DNA of 64,000 nt from Patescibacteria group bacterium (GCA_028711655.1 JAQTRU010000001.1:6648-70647), one strand, 5' to 3'; positions 39,555-48,560 are shown, numbered from the stretch's first letter. Numbers and translations: made by a program. The notes: a model not told the origin generated them from the letters alone.

Positions 39555-39627
39555 GTACCCGTAGCTCAATGGATAGAGCGCTTGGCTTCGGACCAAGAGG
39601 TTGTGGGTTCGACTCCTGCCGGGTACG
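39555..39627 (+). tRNA. tRNA-Arg (anticodon TCG)
   Basis: Acceptor GTACCCG/CGGGTAC, D-stem GCTC/GAGC, anticodon loop CTTCGGA, T-loop TTCGACT. T-stem has two G-U pairs. Confidence 0.7.
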
Positions 39628-39654
39628 CTTTGTGCGGGAGACCAAGAATTTCGG

Positions 39655-39712
39655 GCCTGCCCCGCACCGCAAAGGGTGCGGGGTTCGAATCCTGACGGGA
39701 GCACACCTGGTA
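39655..39712 (+). other. tRNA-like 3' fragment (T-arm GGTTCGAATCC), pseudo-tRNA
   Basis: gcaccgcaaagggtgcggggttcgaatcctgacgggagca; no complete cloverleaf could be folded. Confidence 0.3.
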
Positions 39713-39745
39713 AAACAAAAATTCTAAGAATTACTTTTTCGACTC

Positions 39746-39765
39746 CCTGCCTACCGGCAGGCAGG
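39746..39765. repeat. REP-like palindrome R1 copy (variant)
   Basis: CCTGCCTACCGGCAGGCAGG, followed by ctgccgggcgcgctttgcgcgggagact, a near-repeat of the tRNA-Arg 3' end plus flank. Confidence 0.8.
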
Positions 39766-39818
39766 CTGCCGGGCGCGCTTTGCGCGGGAGACTGGGAACC
39801 AAAAATAAATCAATAGCT

Positions 39819-40085
39819 ATGGATTATCATCTTATTATTTATTTTTTAGCTGGCGTTCTGCAAGACTTCTTACTAACCCTTAATTGGCGATTTATAGCTA
39901 AAGAGAAAGCTATTTCTGCGGCCGTTCTTTCTTTCGCCGTAACTATAGTAACAATGCTTGTGCTTTATAATATTTTAACCCAACTTGATAAGCAACGGAG
40001 TCTAATCGCAATTATAGTTTATGCTTTAGGCATAAGCGCGGGCACAATTTTGGGAATAAAAACAAAAATTACTTCTAAAAATTAA
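39819..40085 (+). CDS. Small 2-3-TM membrane protein, hypothetical
   Basis: MDYHLIIYFLAGVLQDFLLTLNW... Confidence 0.4.
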   Translation: MDYHLIIYFLAGVLQDFLLTLNWRFIAKEKAISAAVLSFAVTIVTMLVLYNILTQLDKQRSLIAIIVYALGISAGTILGIKTKITSKN

Positions 40086-40147
40086 AAATTGTCGCAATAG
40101 CGACACCTAAATTTTACATTTTAAATTTTACATTTTAATTTATTTAT

Positions 40148-40221
40148 GGCTGGGTAGCTCAGTTGGTTAGAGCGTAGCACTCATAACGCTAAGGTCGAGG
40201 GTCCGATCCCCTCCCCAGCCA
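40148..40221 (+). tRNA. tRNA-Met (anticodon CAT; could be initiator, elongator or Ile2)
   Basis: GGCTGGG/CCCAGCC acceptor, anticodon loop CTCATAA, T-arm GAGGG-TCCGATC-CCCTC (C55 unusual). Confidence 0.65.
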
Positions 40222-40278
40222 CAAAGAATTTCAGATTTATGATTTTAGATTTTAGATTTAAATCTGAAATCGGCAATC

Positions 40279-40298
40279 CCTGCCTGCCGGCAGGCAGG
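40279..40298. repeat. REP-like palindrome R1 copy
   Basis: CCTGCCTGCCGGCAGGCAGG. Confidence 0.85.
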
Positions 40299-40317
40299 TT
40301 AAATCAAAAATCAAGGG

Positions 40318-40390
40318 GCACCGTTAGCTCAATTGGTAGAGCAGATCCCTCTTAAGGATAAGGTTGCAGGTTCGATTCCTGCACGGTGCA
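40318..40390 (+). tRNA. tRNA-Lys (anticodon CTT)
   Basis: GCACCGT/ACGGTGC acceptor, anticodon loop CTCTTAA, T-arm GCAGG-TTCGATT-CCTGC. Confidence 0.8.
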
Positions 40391-40397
40391 CAAAAAA

Positions 40398-40437
40398 ATC
40401 GTAGAGGTGAAAAGTTTTTTACCTCTACGATTTTTTT
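40398..40437 (+). terminator. Terminator after the tRNA cluster
   Basis: atcgtagaggtgaaaagttttttacctctacgattttttt. Confidence 0.75.
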
Positions 40438-40452
40438 GTACTATAATCCTAT

Positions 40453-41793
40453 TTAAAGATTCTTTTCCAAAAATTCTCTTACCTCTTTTTCTTTTTCCTC
40501 GGCGATTTCTTTCGTTTCCCCCTCAATCGTAATCCTAAGCAATGGCTCGGTATTGGACGGCCGAATATTAATCCACCAATCTTTATATTCAACGGTTAAG
40601 CCGTCCAATTCATCCTGCGCCCCGTCTTTAAATCTTTCCCGAGCGGCCGCTATTATTTCTTCGGTTTTTTCAGTTTTCATATTGATTTCGTCCAAACGGT
40701 AATAAGGATTAAGCCCGCTTACAATTTCTGATAATTTTTTTTCCTCTTTGGAAATCAGGGCCAGGAGGATAACAAAAGCAATAAAGCCGGAGTCGGCGTA
40801 ATAATTGTCCCGAAAACAGTAATGCGCCGAAACTTCTCCCCCCATAATTCCGCCATTGTCTTTCATGGCTTTGGCCACATTGACAAACCCGACGGCGGCG
40901 CGCAAAGGCCGGCCGCCCCAGTCTTTTACTTTTTCCCGAACCGCCCGGCTGCAAATCGCGTTATAGGCGATACCGGCGCCCGGTTCTTTTTTTAAAAAAT
41001 ATTTTGCTAAAATCAACAGGGTGGTGTCAGCTTGAATAAATTCTCCTTTTTCATCAGTAAAAAACAAACGATCGGTATCCCCATCCATTATTATGCCAAA
41101 ATTCGCATTTTCTTCCCTTACTTTTTCCGAAATCTGTACCTTTGATTCGGGCAGCAAAGGATTGGAAGGGTGGGCGGGGAAATTTCCATCAAGCTCAAAA
41201 TTCAAAGGAATTAGCCGGCAGGGCAATTTGGCAAAAAGCAAGGGCATAACTTTTCCGGCCATGCCATTGCCGGCATCAACCACAATTTTAAAAGGTTTGA
41301 TTTCCCCCATATCGGCGAAAGATAAAACATGCTTTAAATAATCGAAAATTACATCTCTCTCTTTAATTTCACCCCTTGGCTCTTTGGAAGCAAAATTTTT
41401 GCCGCGCAAAAATTCATATAATTGGTTTCCCCGTATCATCTCTATGCCGTTATCTCTCACCACCATCTTAAAGCCGTTATATTCTTTCGGGTTATGCGAA
41501 GCCGTCACCATTATTCCGCCGTCATATTTATAATGGCCGACAGAAAAATAAACCGCATCAATCGGCACCTGGCCCAAATCGTCAACATTAACCCCCTGGT
41601 CAGCCAAACCGGCGGCAAATCTTTCCCCGAGACTGTCAGAGCCGATTCTCATATCCCGGCCGATTGCCACCTTTTTCACGCCGGTTAAGTTGGCATAGGC
41701 CTGACCGGCTAAAAAAGCGGTGGCTTCATTCAGCTCATCCGGATAAATTCCCCGGATATCGTAAGATTTGAATATTTTTGGATTTAGAGTCAT
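40453..41793 (-). CDS. glmM: Phosphohexomutase (phosphoglucosamine mutase / phosphomannomutase family)
   Basis: Active-site TASHNPKEYNGFK; metal-binding DGDTDR. Confidence 0.8.
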   Translation of the reverse strand: MTLNPKIFKSYDIRGIYPDELNEATAFLAGQAYANLTGVKKVAIGRDMRIGSDSLGERFAAGLADQGVNVDDLGQVPIDAVYFSVGHYKYDGGIMVTASHNPKEYNGFKMVVRDNGIEMIRGNQLYEFLRGKNFASKEPRGEIKERDVIFDYLKHVLSFADMGEIKPFKIVVDAGNGMAGKVMPLLFAKLPCRLIPLNFELDGNFPAHPSNPLLPESKVQISEKVREENANFGIIMDGDTDRLFFTDEKGEFIQADTTLLILAKYFLKKEPGAGIAYNAICSRAVREKVKDWGGRPLRAAVGFVNVAKAMKDNGGIMGGEVSAHYCFRDNYYADSGFIAFVILLALISKEEKKLSEIVSGLNPYYRLDEINMKTEKTEEIIAAARERFKDGAQDELDGLTVEYKDWWINIRPSNTEPLLRITIEGETKEIAEEKEKEVREFLEKNL

Positions 41794-41797
41794 AAAT

Positions 41798-42522
41798 TTA
41801 TTTTTTAGCAATTTTCCAAAAAGTCCGGAAATATTGCAGATAACCTAAAGCCACTTCTTTATTAATTATTTCAATTAAAATAAGCGGAGTCGTATATATC
41901 TGGATAAAAACCCTGTCTTTAAAAATTTCCGTATTGGCTGGGACTAAATACTTTTCCGGCAGATACTTAGTCGTCCGGGCAAAACTGCTTTGATGCTCTT
42001 CTATCTCTTTTCTCTGCCAGGAAAAAGCGATCATACTTAAAACAATTTTTTTTTCTTTCAAAAAATTCTCATAGCTTAAAAATAAATTTCCCATGGCTTC
42101 TACCCATTTATCGCCCCCGGCGCCGATTGTATAAACTTTATCTCCCCTTTTTAAATCTTTCATAACTCGGCGGTACGCCGTCTGCCAGCCTTCTTTTCCT
42201 TCATAAATATTAACCTGCGGGGCTTTAAAACGGCTTTTAGTCCTTATTTCGCAAGCGACCTTTACCGCCAGATCAAATTGGTCCCTAGCCTGATTACTTA
42301 AAACTTCGGGGTTGCCTACTTTAAAATATTTCTTTCCTTTTTTTATCGTTTCCTTAACCAAATCTCTTTTTTTAAGATTATCAAGGCTCTCATAAACAAT
42401 ATTCCGGTGTTTGCCAGTTTTTTTATTATTTCTCCCGAAGGCGTTTCCCCGCTTTCAAGCAAAGCGCAAAAAACCAAAGATTCATTCGGGGATAAACCTA
42501 ATTTTATCAGTTCTTCCCGCAT
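41798..42522 (-). pseudogene. TrmB-family winged-helix transcriptional regulator, frameshifted at an A7 (T7 on plus) run 42418-42424
   Basis: The frame from ATG ~42522 gives MREELIKLGLSPNESLVFCALLESGETPSGEIIKK. The wHTH continues (TGKHRNIVYESLDNLKKRDLVKE...) only in the frame of ORF 41798..42361; one extra A would restore it. Confidence 0.6.
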
Positions 42523-42585
42523 ATGGATAATTTTACCCTATTTTTAGTAAAAAAACAAGTTTAAATAACTATCATCATAAAAGTA

Positions 42586-42614
42586 TTGACATATTATATA
42601 AACTATGCTATATT
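42586..42614 (+). promoter_or_regulatory. Promoter of the 42661 gene
   Basis: TTGACA-17 nt-TATATT. Confidence 0.55.
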
Positions 42615-42660
42615 AATATATTAAAAATGTTCCTTTTATTTCAACCCTTTATCAGGAGGT

Positions 42661-43260
42661 ATGGCCATGAAAAAGCTGCTGATCACCCTCGTTCTGTCTG
42701 CCCTGCTTTTCGCCAGCTCGGCTTCAGGCCAACATCTGTTTGATACCCGCTTTTTGCTCGGAAATTCAGCTTCGCTGAAATTTGATCATTTTCACGACTG
42801 GCAGAATTGGACCAGCTTTGTGGAAATTTCGCCGACCGGACAATACGCTCTGCTTGAGTTCGGGCCGAAATTCAACCTGCCGATCGGCGCCTTAAAACTG
42901 CGAGCCGGCTTCAACATAACTTCAACTTCAGCCGGGGCTGAATATATCGACCAGCAGGCTCTAGTATTTCTCGGCCACTGGGGTAACCTGACCCTGCTCT
43001 CCGTTAATGAAATAGAAGATATAACCAGAGGCGATCCTTTCCATTGGTCAGCTGACCAATATTATTATGAGCATGATCTAAAATACGGCTGGCTGGGGAT
43101 TCATGCTGAAGCGGTCTGGTGGGAGAAAAATTACAAACCCTTTACCGGACCGACTTTTTCCTTCCCGGTCGGCCAAGGCCATTTGGTTGTCTGGCCGGGC
43201 TGGCAAATAGGCGAAGGAAAAAGAACTCTGGCGGTTGAATACAATCTTTTCTTTAAATGA
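42661..43260 (+). CDS. Secreted beta-rich protein (outer-membrane beta-barrel-like), GC-rich codon usage
   Basis: MKKLLITLVLSALLFASSASGQ signal peptide, alternating hydrophobic strands, aromatic C-terminus; CTG/CTC/GCC-rich unlike flanking genes. Confidence 0.5.
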   Translation: MAMKKLLITLVLSALLFASSASGQHLFDTRFLLGNSASLKFDHFHDWQNWTSFVEISPTGQYALLEFGPKFNLPIGALKLRAGFNITSTSAGAEYIDQQALVFLGHWGNLTLLSVNEIEDITRGDPFHWSADQYYYEHDLKYGWLGIHAEAVWWEKNYKPFTGPTFSFPVGQGHLVVWPGWQIGEGKRTLAVEYNLFFK

Positions 43261-43324
43261 TTTATAAGGAAAATACAAAGCGGACTTCTTAAGACAAGAA
43301 ATCCGCTTTTTTATATCAAGCCCT

Positions 43325-44494
43325 CTAAGCTTTTCGGAAAGCCAGCCAAATTCCTCCAAGCCCCCACCAAAGCGCGACTAAAGCTAAAATCCAGCCGACA
43401 AAAGGGATGGAAAAAATAAACCAGCAGATGACAATGCCGACAATCATGGCCCAAATTAAAGAATCTTTTTTATTTTTCCAAAATTTCTCCAAAAGATTTC
43501 GCCCAATCATAATACCGGTTAAAATTTTGGCCGCAAAAAGAGCAATTGCCCAAACGCCGAGCAAAAGCAAGGCCAACGGAATACCAATAAAGGTAAATAA
43601 CAATAGAATTGAAATAATTGGAGTTAAAAACATGATTACCGCGCCCCAACCAATAGAAGCCCCAACCTTCTCAAGCATTCTGTCGGTCAGTTCCACAATC
43701 TGTTTGCGCCATAGGCTGATTAAAACCAAACCAATTACCAGGGCGGCAAAAATTGAATATAATCTTCCCCAAAACCAACCGACAAACCTGAATTCCCCTC
43801 CCTTTTCCGCTTTTGGCAAATTATGTTTAATCTCGCCAACCACAAAAGATTTTTCAGAAATATCCGCCTCGTTACTTCCGGTATAAGTTAAATTCCTCCC
43901 GATTTTAGCATTATCGGCAATAATCAAAAGTTCATTTTTGTCGTGATAGCTAATTCCTTTATTTTCCGCGCGTATTTTATCTCTAAGCTTTATTCTTACA
44001 TCCCTGCCTATTTCTCCGGCAATGGTAACTTTAGGACTGGCGCCATATAAATCCTGGCCGACTTTCCCTCTCGCTTCCATTGTGGCTCCGGCAAAAAGCA
44101 TGCTCCAGCCCACCTCCGCATTTTTGTCCAAAATAATAGAAGCGCCAAAAGCATTAACGTTGCGGGCAATCTTACCGCCCAAATTAATAGAATTTCCCGC
44201 CACTCTTAAATTCCCGCCTATTTCGCCCGAGATATTGATTGACTGACCGGCGCAGATAACATCGCCCTCTACTTTCCCGTTGATATTGATTGACTGACCG
44301 GCGCAGATAACATCGCCCTTAATAGTACCGTCAATTGTAATATTGGTCGCAACCGAATATAAACTTCCTTCTATGGTTTCATCTTCCGCAATATAAACTG
44401 AATCGCCGGTTTTAATTGAAAAAGCTTTTACGGCCAAAGGCGAAACCAAAAAGAAAATAAGAGAAAAAATAATAATTAATCTTGTTTTTGTCAT
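43325..44494 (-). CDS. Signal peptide, beta-helix repeat (bactofilin/DUF4097-like) domain and C-terminal polytopic membrane domain
   Basis: Repeats GDVICAGQSININGKVE x2, GEIGGNLRVAGNSINLGGKI... then ~6 TM helices. Confidence 0.5.
   Translation of the reverse strand: MTKTRLIIIFSLIFFLVSPLAVKAFSIKTGDSVYIAEDETIEGSLYSVATNITIDGTIKGDVICAGQSININGKVEGDVICAGQSINISGEIGGNLRVAGNSINLGGKIARNVNAFGASIILDKNAEVGWSMLFAGATMEARGKVGQDLYGASPKVTIAGEIGRDVRIKLRDKIRAENKGISYHDKNELLIIADNAKIGRNLTYTGSNEADISEKSFVVGEIKHNLPKAEKGGEFRFVGWFWGRLYSIFAALVIGLVLISLWRKQIVELTDRMLEKVGASIGWGAVIMFLTPIISILLLFTFIGIPLALLLLGVWAIALFAAKILTGIMIGRNLLEKFWKNKKDSLIWAMIVGIVICWFIFSIPFVGWILALVALWWGLGGIWLAFRKA
44230..44318. repeat. Recent 51-bp tandem duplication inside the beta-helix CDS
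   Basis: gatattgattgactgaccggcgcagataacatcgccct occurs twice, 51 nt apart. Confidence 0.8.
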
Positions 44495-44551
44495 AATTTT
44501 ATGGTTAAGTGTATAAGTGCTAATATTATATCAAATTTATTATACCAAATT

Positions 44552-46150
44552 CACATGCCAGAAGCAATAAAAGAATTACTAAAATCAAATATAAAATCAA
44601 GGGACGAATTAACCGCGGCCAAGAGAAAGGCGGCGAAGCAGTTTAAGATTGGCATTTTTCTTAATTCTGATATTTTAAAGGGATATAAAAGATTAATTAA
44701 GCAGGGAAAAATTAAACCAAAACCGGCCTTGGAAAAAATCCTGCGGAAGAGAACTGTCAGAACTTTATCCGGAATCGCCCCGGTCGCGGTTTTGATAAAG
44801 CCCTACCCTTGCCCGGGCAAATGCGTTTATTGCCCTTCGGAAAAAGGCGTGCCCCAAAGCTATTTATCTAATGAACCGGCCGTCATGCGGGCTATCCGTT
44901 GCAATTACGATCCATACAAACAAGTCCAGTTTCGCTTGCGCGCTTTGGAGGCCAACGGACATGAGCCGAATAAAATTGAATTAATCGTTATTGGCGCCAC
45001 TTGGTCAGTTGTGCCGGAAAAATATAAATACTGGTTTATAGGGGAATGCTTTCGGGCAGCAAATGAATATAATAAAAATAAAAAATTAAAAATAAAAAAT
45101 AAAAAACTGATATCTAATATTAAAATTCTAAAAAAAGAATTAGCTAAAGAACAAAGTAAAAATGAAAAAACTGAATACAGAATTATTGGCATCACTCTAG
45201 AAACCCGGCCGGATTATATTAGCCAAAAAGAACTGTGGCAGATGCGGGAATTGGGTTGTACGCGAGTGGAATTGGGCGCGCAGGCGCTTGATGATAAAAT
45301 TCTAAAATTAAATAAACGGGGCCATGGCGTAGCCGAAACTGTCCAAGCCACAAAGCTTTTAAAAAATTTTGGCTTTAAGGTCACTTACCATATTATGCCC
45401 GGACTGCCTGGCTCCACTCCGAGCAAAGATTTTTTAATGTTTAAGCAACTTTTTTCTGATAAGCGCTTTCAGCCGGACCAGATTAAATTTTATCCTACGG
45501 TCGTCACCCGCGGCAGTCTATTATATAAATGGTGGAAAACGAAAAAATATAAACCTTATACTGATAAACAGCTGCAAAATCTAATTATAAAATGCAAAAA
45601 AATTATTCCGCCTTATGTCCGCATCATCAGGCTAATCCGCGATATTCCGCAGGAATCAATTATCGCCGGCAATCTGATTACCAACTTGCGCCAAATCATG
45701 AAGGACCGGGGCGTGAAATGCGGGTGCATCCGCTGCCGGGAAGCGGGGAATAAGCAATTCAAAATCAAAAATGCAAAATTAACAATTAAAAAATATAAGG
45801 CCTCCGGAGGACAAGAATATTTTATTAGTTACGAAAGTAAAAACAAAAAAACCTTATACGGCTTTTGCAGACTAAGGTTGCCAAATACCGTAAAGACGCA
45901 AGATTTTGCGTCTTTACAAAATTCCGCCCTTATCCGCGAACTGCACGTTTACGGCGAATTGGTTCCGGTTGGAAAAGATAAAATTATCCAGCATGCCGGC
46001 TTGGGCAAAAAATTAATGAAAGAGGCGGAAAAAATCGCCAAGGGTTGCGGATTTAAAAAAATTATTGTAATATCGGGAATAGGAGTTCGGGAATATTACA
46101 AAAAACTTGGCTACAAGTTGGAAAATACCTACATGGTAAAAACTCTTTAA
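44552..46150 (+). CDS. elp3: Elp3-family radical-SAM/GNAT tRNA-modification enzyme (ELP3/KAT9-like)
   Basis: Radical SAM CPGKCVYCPS, Elp3 core, C-terminal GNAT (HVYGELVPVG...LGKKLMKEAEKIA); Lys-rich insertion NKNKKLKIKNKKL. Confidence 0.75.
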   Translation, partial: HMPEAIKELLKSNIKSRDELTAAKRKAAKQFKIGIFLNSDILKGYKRLIKQGKIKPKPALEKILRKRTVRTLSGIAPVAVLIKPYPCPGKCVYCPSEKGVPQSYLSNEPAVMRAIRCNYDPYKQVQFRLRALEANGHEPNKIELIVIGATWSVVPEKYKYWFIGECFRAANEYNKNKKLKIKNKKLISNIKILKKELAKEQSKNEKTEYRIIGITLETRPDYISQKELWQMRELGCTRVELGAQALDDKILKLNKRGHGVAETVQATKLLKNFGFKVTYHIMPGLPGSTPSKDFLMFKQLFSDKRFQPDQIKFYPTVVTRGSLLYKWWKTKKYKPYTDKQLQNLIIKCKKIIPPYVRIIRLIRDIPQESIIAGNLITNLRQIMKDRGVKCGCIRCREAGNKQFKIKNAKLTIKKYKASGGQEYFISYESKNKKTLYGFCRLRLPNTVKTQDFASLQNSALIRELHVYGELVPVGKDKIIQHAGLGKKLMKEAEKIAKGCGFKKIIVISGIGVREYYKKLGYKLENTYMVKTL

Positions 46151-46324
46151 GGGGAGTGAAAACAATGAAAAAAATTCTCGAAATCATTGGTAAATGCCTG
46201 TACGCAGTTGTTCTTTTCTTCGTTTTAACCTTCAAGGTCTTTATTTGCCCTGAAATTTAATTTCCGGGCAAAAAATTCCAGGCGTCCTGTCCGCAGATCG
46301 GACGCCTTTTTCGTTAAAAATAAT

Positions 46325-46353
46325 TTGACATAAAAAAGCCTAAGTGATAATTT
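46325..46353 (+). promoter_or_regulatory. Promoter of the 46420 gene
   Basis: TTGACA-17 nt-TAATTT. Confidence 0.5.
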
Positions 46354-46419
46354 AATATATCAACCTGAAATTATTTCGTCCTTTAAAATAAACTATTCTT
46401 TTAATGAGGGAAAACCACG

Positions 46420-47484
46420 ATGGTTATTCAGAACAGTTTCGTAGTGCTGGGCGGGACCGGCAACCATGATTTAGATAAAGGCATTCTTGCCGTAGTCAAC
46501 GACCTGGCAAGAACGCGCCTATCCTTTCTCCACCTGAACATGGATGATTTTTCCGACGGTGAAGACGATTTCCGAATAACCCATCCGGAAAAAATCGCCG
46601 GTAAGCACGTAATCCTGTTCCAAAGCCTGCATAGCGATTCCCGGCAAAACCTGGAAAGGCAATTTCTTACCCTGGCCTGGGCGGCGAAATTCCAATACGG
46701 GGCAAAGTCCATTGTCGCTGTTGTGCCCTTTATGAGCTATCGGCGCCAGGACCATCCGGAAAAAACGGATGAAATCCACCGCAATCTCTGGCTCTTACAT
46801 AACATGAAAGCTAACGGCGTTGACAAGTTGATTCTCTGTGATATTCATTCCTGTGTCACCCTGGAGAACTGTAAAAAGGTCGGCATTGAAGCCTGGAATG
46901 TTGACCCTTCTGCGGCTTTTGCCGAAATTTTAAAACCGAGGGTTGACCTTTCCCGATCCAGAAGCCAGCCGTTTTTCGTTTATTCTCCCGATAAGGGGTC
47001 AATAAGAAGGGCGGTTTCCCTGGCTAGAGAGTTCGGGGTGCCGGTAATAGTCAGCTTGAAAAATCGCCTTCATGATTGCTCCGTGGCTGCGGAAGAAAAC
47101 CCGGAGAAATTGACGACGATAGAAGTTGAATTGGCTGAACTGCAAGAAAAATTCGGCGTGCCGATCTCTCTGGCCGAAGAAAGCTTGAATGGTGCCAGTA
47201 TTTGTATCCGAGAAGACGAATTGTCCACCGGGGCTACGGCCGTATTGACCGGAAAATCCCTTAAGCAGGCCGGAGCCAAAGAAATTTTCTTCTGCGCCAC
47301 CCATCCGGTTTGCACCAAGGGCTGGAAAAGAAAAATCATTGATAACAACCCTTTTGACGCCATTATTTTGGGCGACACTGTTCCCCGCCCCTACCGCAAA
47401 GAAACCGGCGGCGAAGTAATTACGGTTTCAATGGCGCGAGTTATCGCCAACCAGCTGTTCGTAATAATTATGGACAGCATCTGA
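46420..47484 (+). CDS. Divergent ribose-phosphate pyrophosphokinase (PRPP synthetase)-like protein, GC-rich
   Basis: FMSYRRQDHPEK resembles the Prs YARQDRK loop; PRTase-type C-terminal half; GC visibly above the local average. Confidence 0.45.
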   Translation: MVIQNSFVVLGGTGNHDLDKGILAVVNDLARTRLSFLHLNMDDFSDGEDDFRITHPEKIAGKHVILFQSLHSDSRQNLERQFLTLAWAAKFQYGAKSIVAVVPFMSYRRQDHPEKTDEIHRNLWLLHNMKANGVDKLILCDIHSCVTLENCKKVGIEAWNVDPSAAFAEILKPRVDLSRSRSQPFFVYSPDKGSIRRAVSLAREFGVPVIVSLKNRLHDCSVAAEENPEKLTTIEVELAELQEKFGVPISLAEESLNGASICIREDELSTGATAVLTGKSLKQAGAKEIFFCATHPVCTKGWKRKIIDNNPFDAIILGDTVPRPYRKETGGEVITVSMARVIANQLFVIIMDSI

Positions 47485-47526
47485 TCTTTTTAAAAAAGGC
47501 ATCTCTACCCGGGTGCCTTTTTTCTT

Positions 47527-47555
47527 TTGACAAATTGGGTAGAAATGATAAAGTA
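47527..47555 (+). promoter_or_regulatory. Possible promoter (TTGACA with extended -10 TGaTAAAGT)
   Basis: TTGACAaattgggtagaaaTGaTAAAGT. Confidence 0.35.
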
Positions 47556-47578
47556 AAGACAGGAATTAACTTAAAAAT

Positions 47579-48172
47579 ATGCCTATCAAAAATATCGTTA
47601 ATTTTATCTTTGAATTAAACCAATTAAAACGCCAAAGGCGAAGCGGCTTTCAGTTGGCAGGAATAAAAAATCCGGATACGGTAGCCGAACACGTGATGCG
47701 GGCCGCGCAAATCGGCTACATTTTAGCGGTGATGGAAGGAGACGCTAATCCGGAAAAAGTGGCCGCCATGATTTTGGTTCATGACAATGGCGAAGCTCGA
47801 ATTGGCGACCAAAATAAAGTAAGCGCCCGGTATTTTGACAATAGCCAAGCCGAGCAAGATGCTTTTTGCGATCAGGTAAAAAATCTGGGCGGACAGATTG
47901 AAAAAAAGTGGAAAAAATATTTTTCCGAATTTGAAAACAGAAACACGAAAGAAGGCATTGTCGCCAAAGATGCTGATTGGCTAGAGGTTGCTTTCCAGGC
48001 TAAGGAATACCTTGATTTGGGTTGCCCGTCAGTAGATAACTGGATTAGTAATGTGGAAAAAGCCTTAGAAACAAAATCGGCCAAGGCTTTAATAAAAGAA
48101 ATGAAAAAAACAAAATTCACTGACTGGTGGAAGGGCTTAAAAAAAATGACTTACAAGAAACTTTATAAATAA
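47579..48172 (+). CDS. HD-domain phosphohydrolase (YfbR-like)
   Basis: HVMRAAQIGYILAVMEG ... ILVHDNGEARIGD. Confidence 0.7.
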   Translation: MPIKNIVNFIFELNQLKRQRRSGFQLAGIKNPDTVAEHVMRAAQIGYILAVMEGDANPEKVAAMILVHDNGEARIGDQNKVSARYFDNSQAEQDAFCDQVKNLGGQIEKKWKKYFSEFENRNTKEGIVAKDADWLEVAFQAKEYLDLGCPSVDNWISNVEKALETKSAKALIKEMKKTKFTDWWKGLKKMTYKKLYK

Positions 48173-48189
48173 AAAATAAAACTGTCATT

Positions 48190-48470
48190 GCAAACAACAA
48201 ATTTGTTTCTGTCATTCCCGCGAAAGCGGGAATCCAGCCTGCCTGCCGGTAGGCAGGAATTAGTCCGCAGGAAGTTCGGTTTGTTAAAATTGTGATAAAA
48301 TAAATGTCCTTACCTCTTAACCCTAGATCCTCTGGTCACCGGCCAGCTCCCCCGCCAAGCTTCGCATAGCGGGGCGTGGCGCTAGCGGGGCAGGCAAGCC
48401 CGAAGATGACAAGAGATGAACGGAAGGGAAAAAGCCACAATGACAAATAAGGGGTCTTTCGGCCTTCTTT
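48190..48470 (+). ncRNA. GC-rich non-coding island (candidate sRNA or structured element) containing an R1 REP copy and ending in a T-run
   Basis: gtcattcccgcgaaagcgggaatc hairpin; R1 at 48238-48257; repeated tagcggggc; ends aaggggtctttcggccttcttttttt immediately before the glyA promoter. Confidence 0.3.
48238..48257. repeat. REP-like palindrome R1 copy (variant)
   Basis: CCTGCCTGCCGGTAGGCAGG. Confidence 0.8.
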
Positions 48471-48472
48471 TT

Positions 48473-48501
48473 TTGACAAAATAAGCTATTGGGCTTATCA
48501 T
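48473..48501 (+). promoter_or_regulatory. glyA promoter
   Basis: TTGACA-17 nt-TATCAT. Confidence 0.55.
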
Positions 48502-48531
48502 AAAATTACTAACTATTATACTTTAACCTGC

Positions 48532-48560
48532 GTAAGAACAGGGTATTACCCTGTTCTTAC
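48532..48560 (+). promoter_or_regulatory. Perfect 12-bp hairpin in the glyA 5' UTR, 13 nt before the ATG
   Basis: GTAAGAACAGGGtattaCCCTGTTCTTAC. Confidence 0.6.

Noticed and set aside
39375-39704. 109-aa minus-strand ORF, and the 61271..61492 ORF
   Set aside because: Translations of tRNA and REP-rich sequence (e.g. ...SQALYPLSYG...), not coding.
39655-39712. A fourth intact tRNA in the tRNA cluster
   Set aside because: A T-arm-like GGTTCGAATCC is present, but neither T-stem nor acceptor stem pairs and no 5' half could be found; treated as a pseudo-tRNA fragment.
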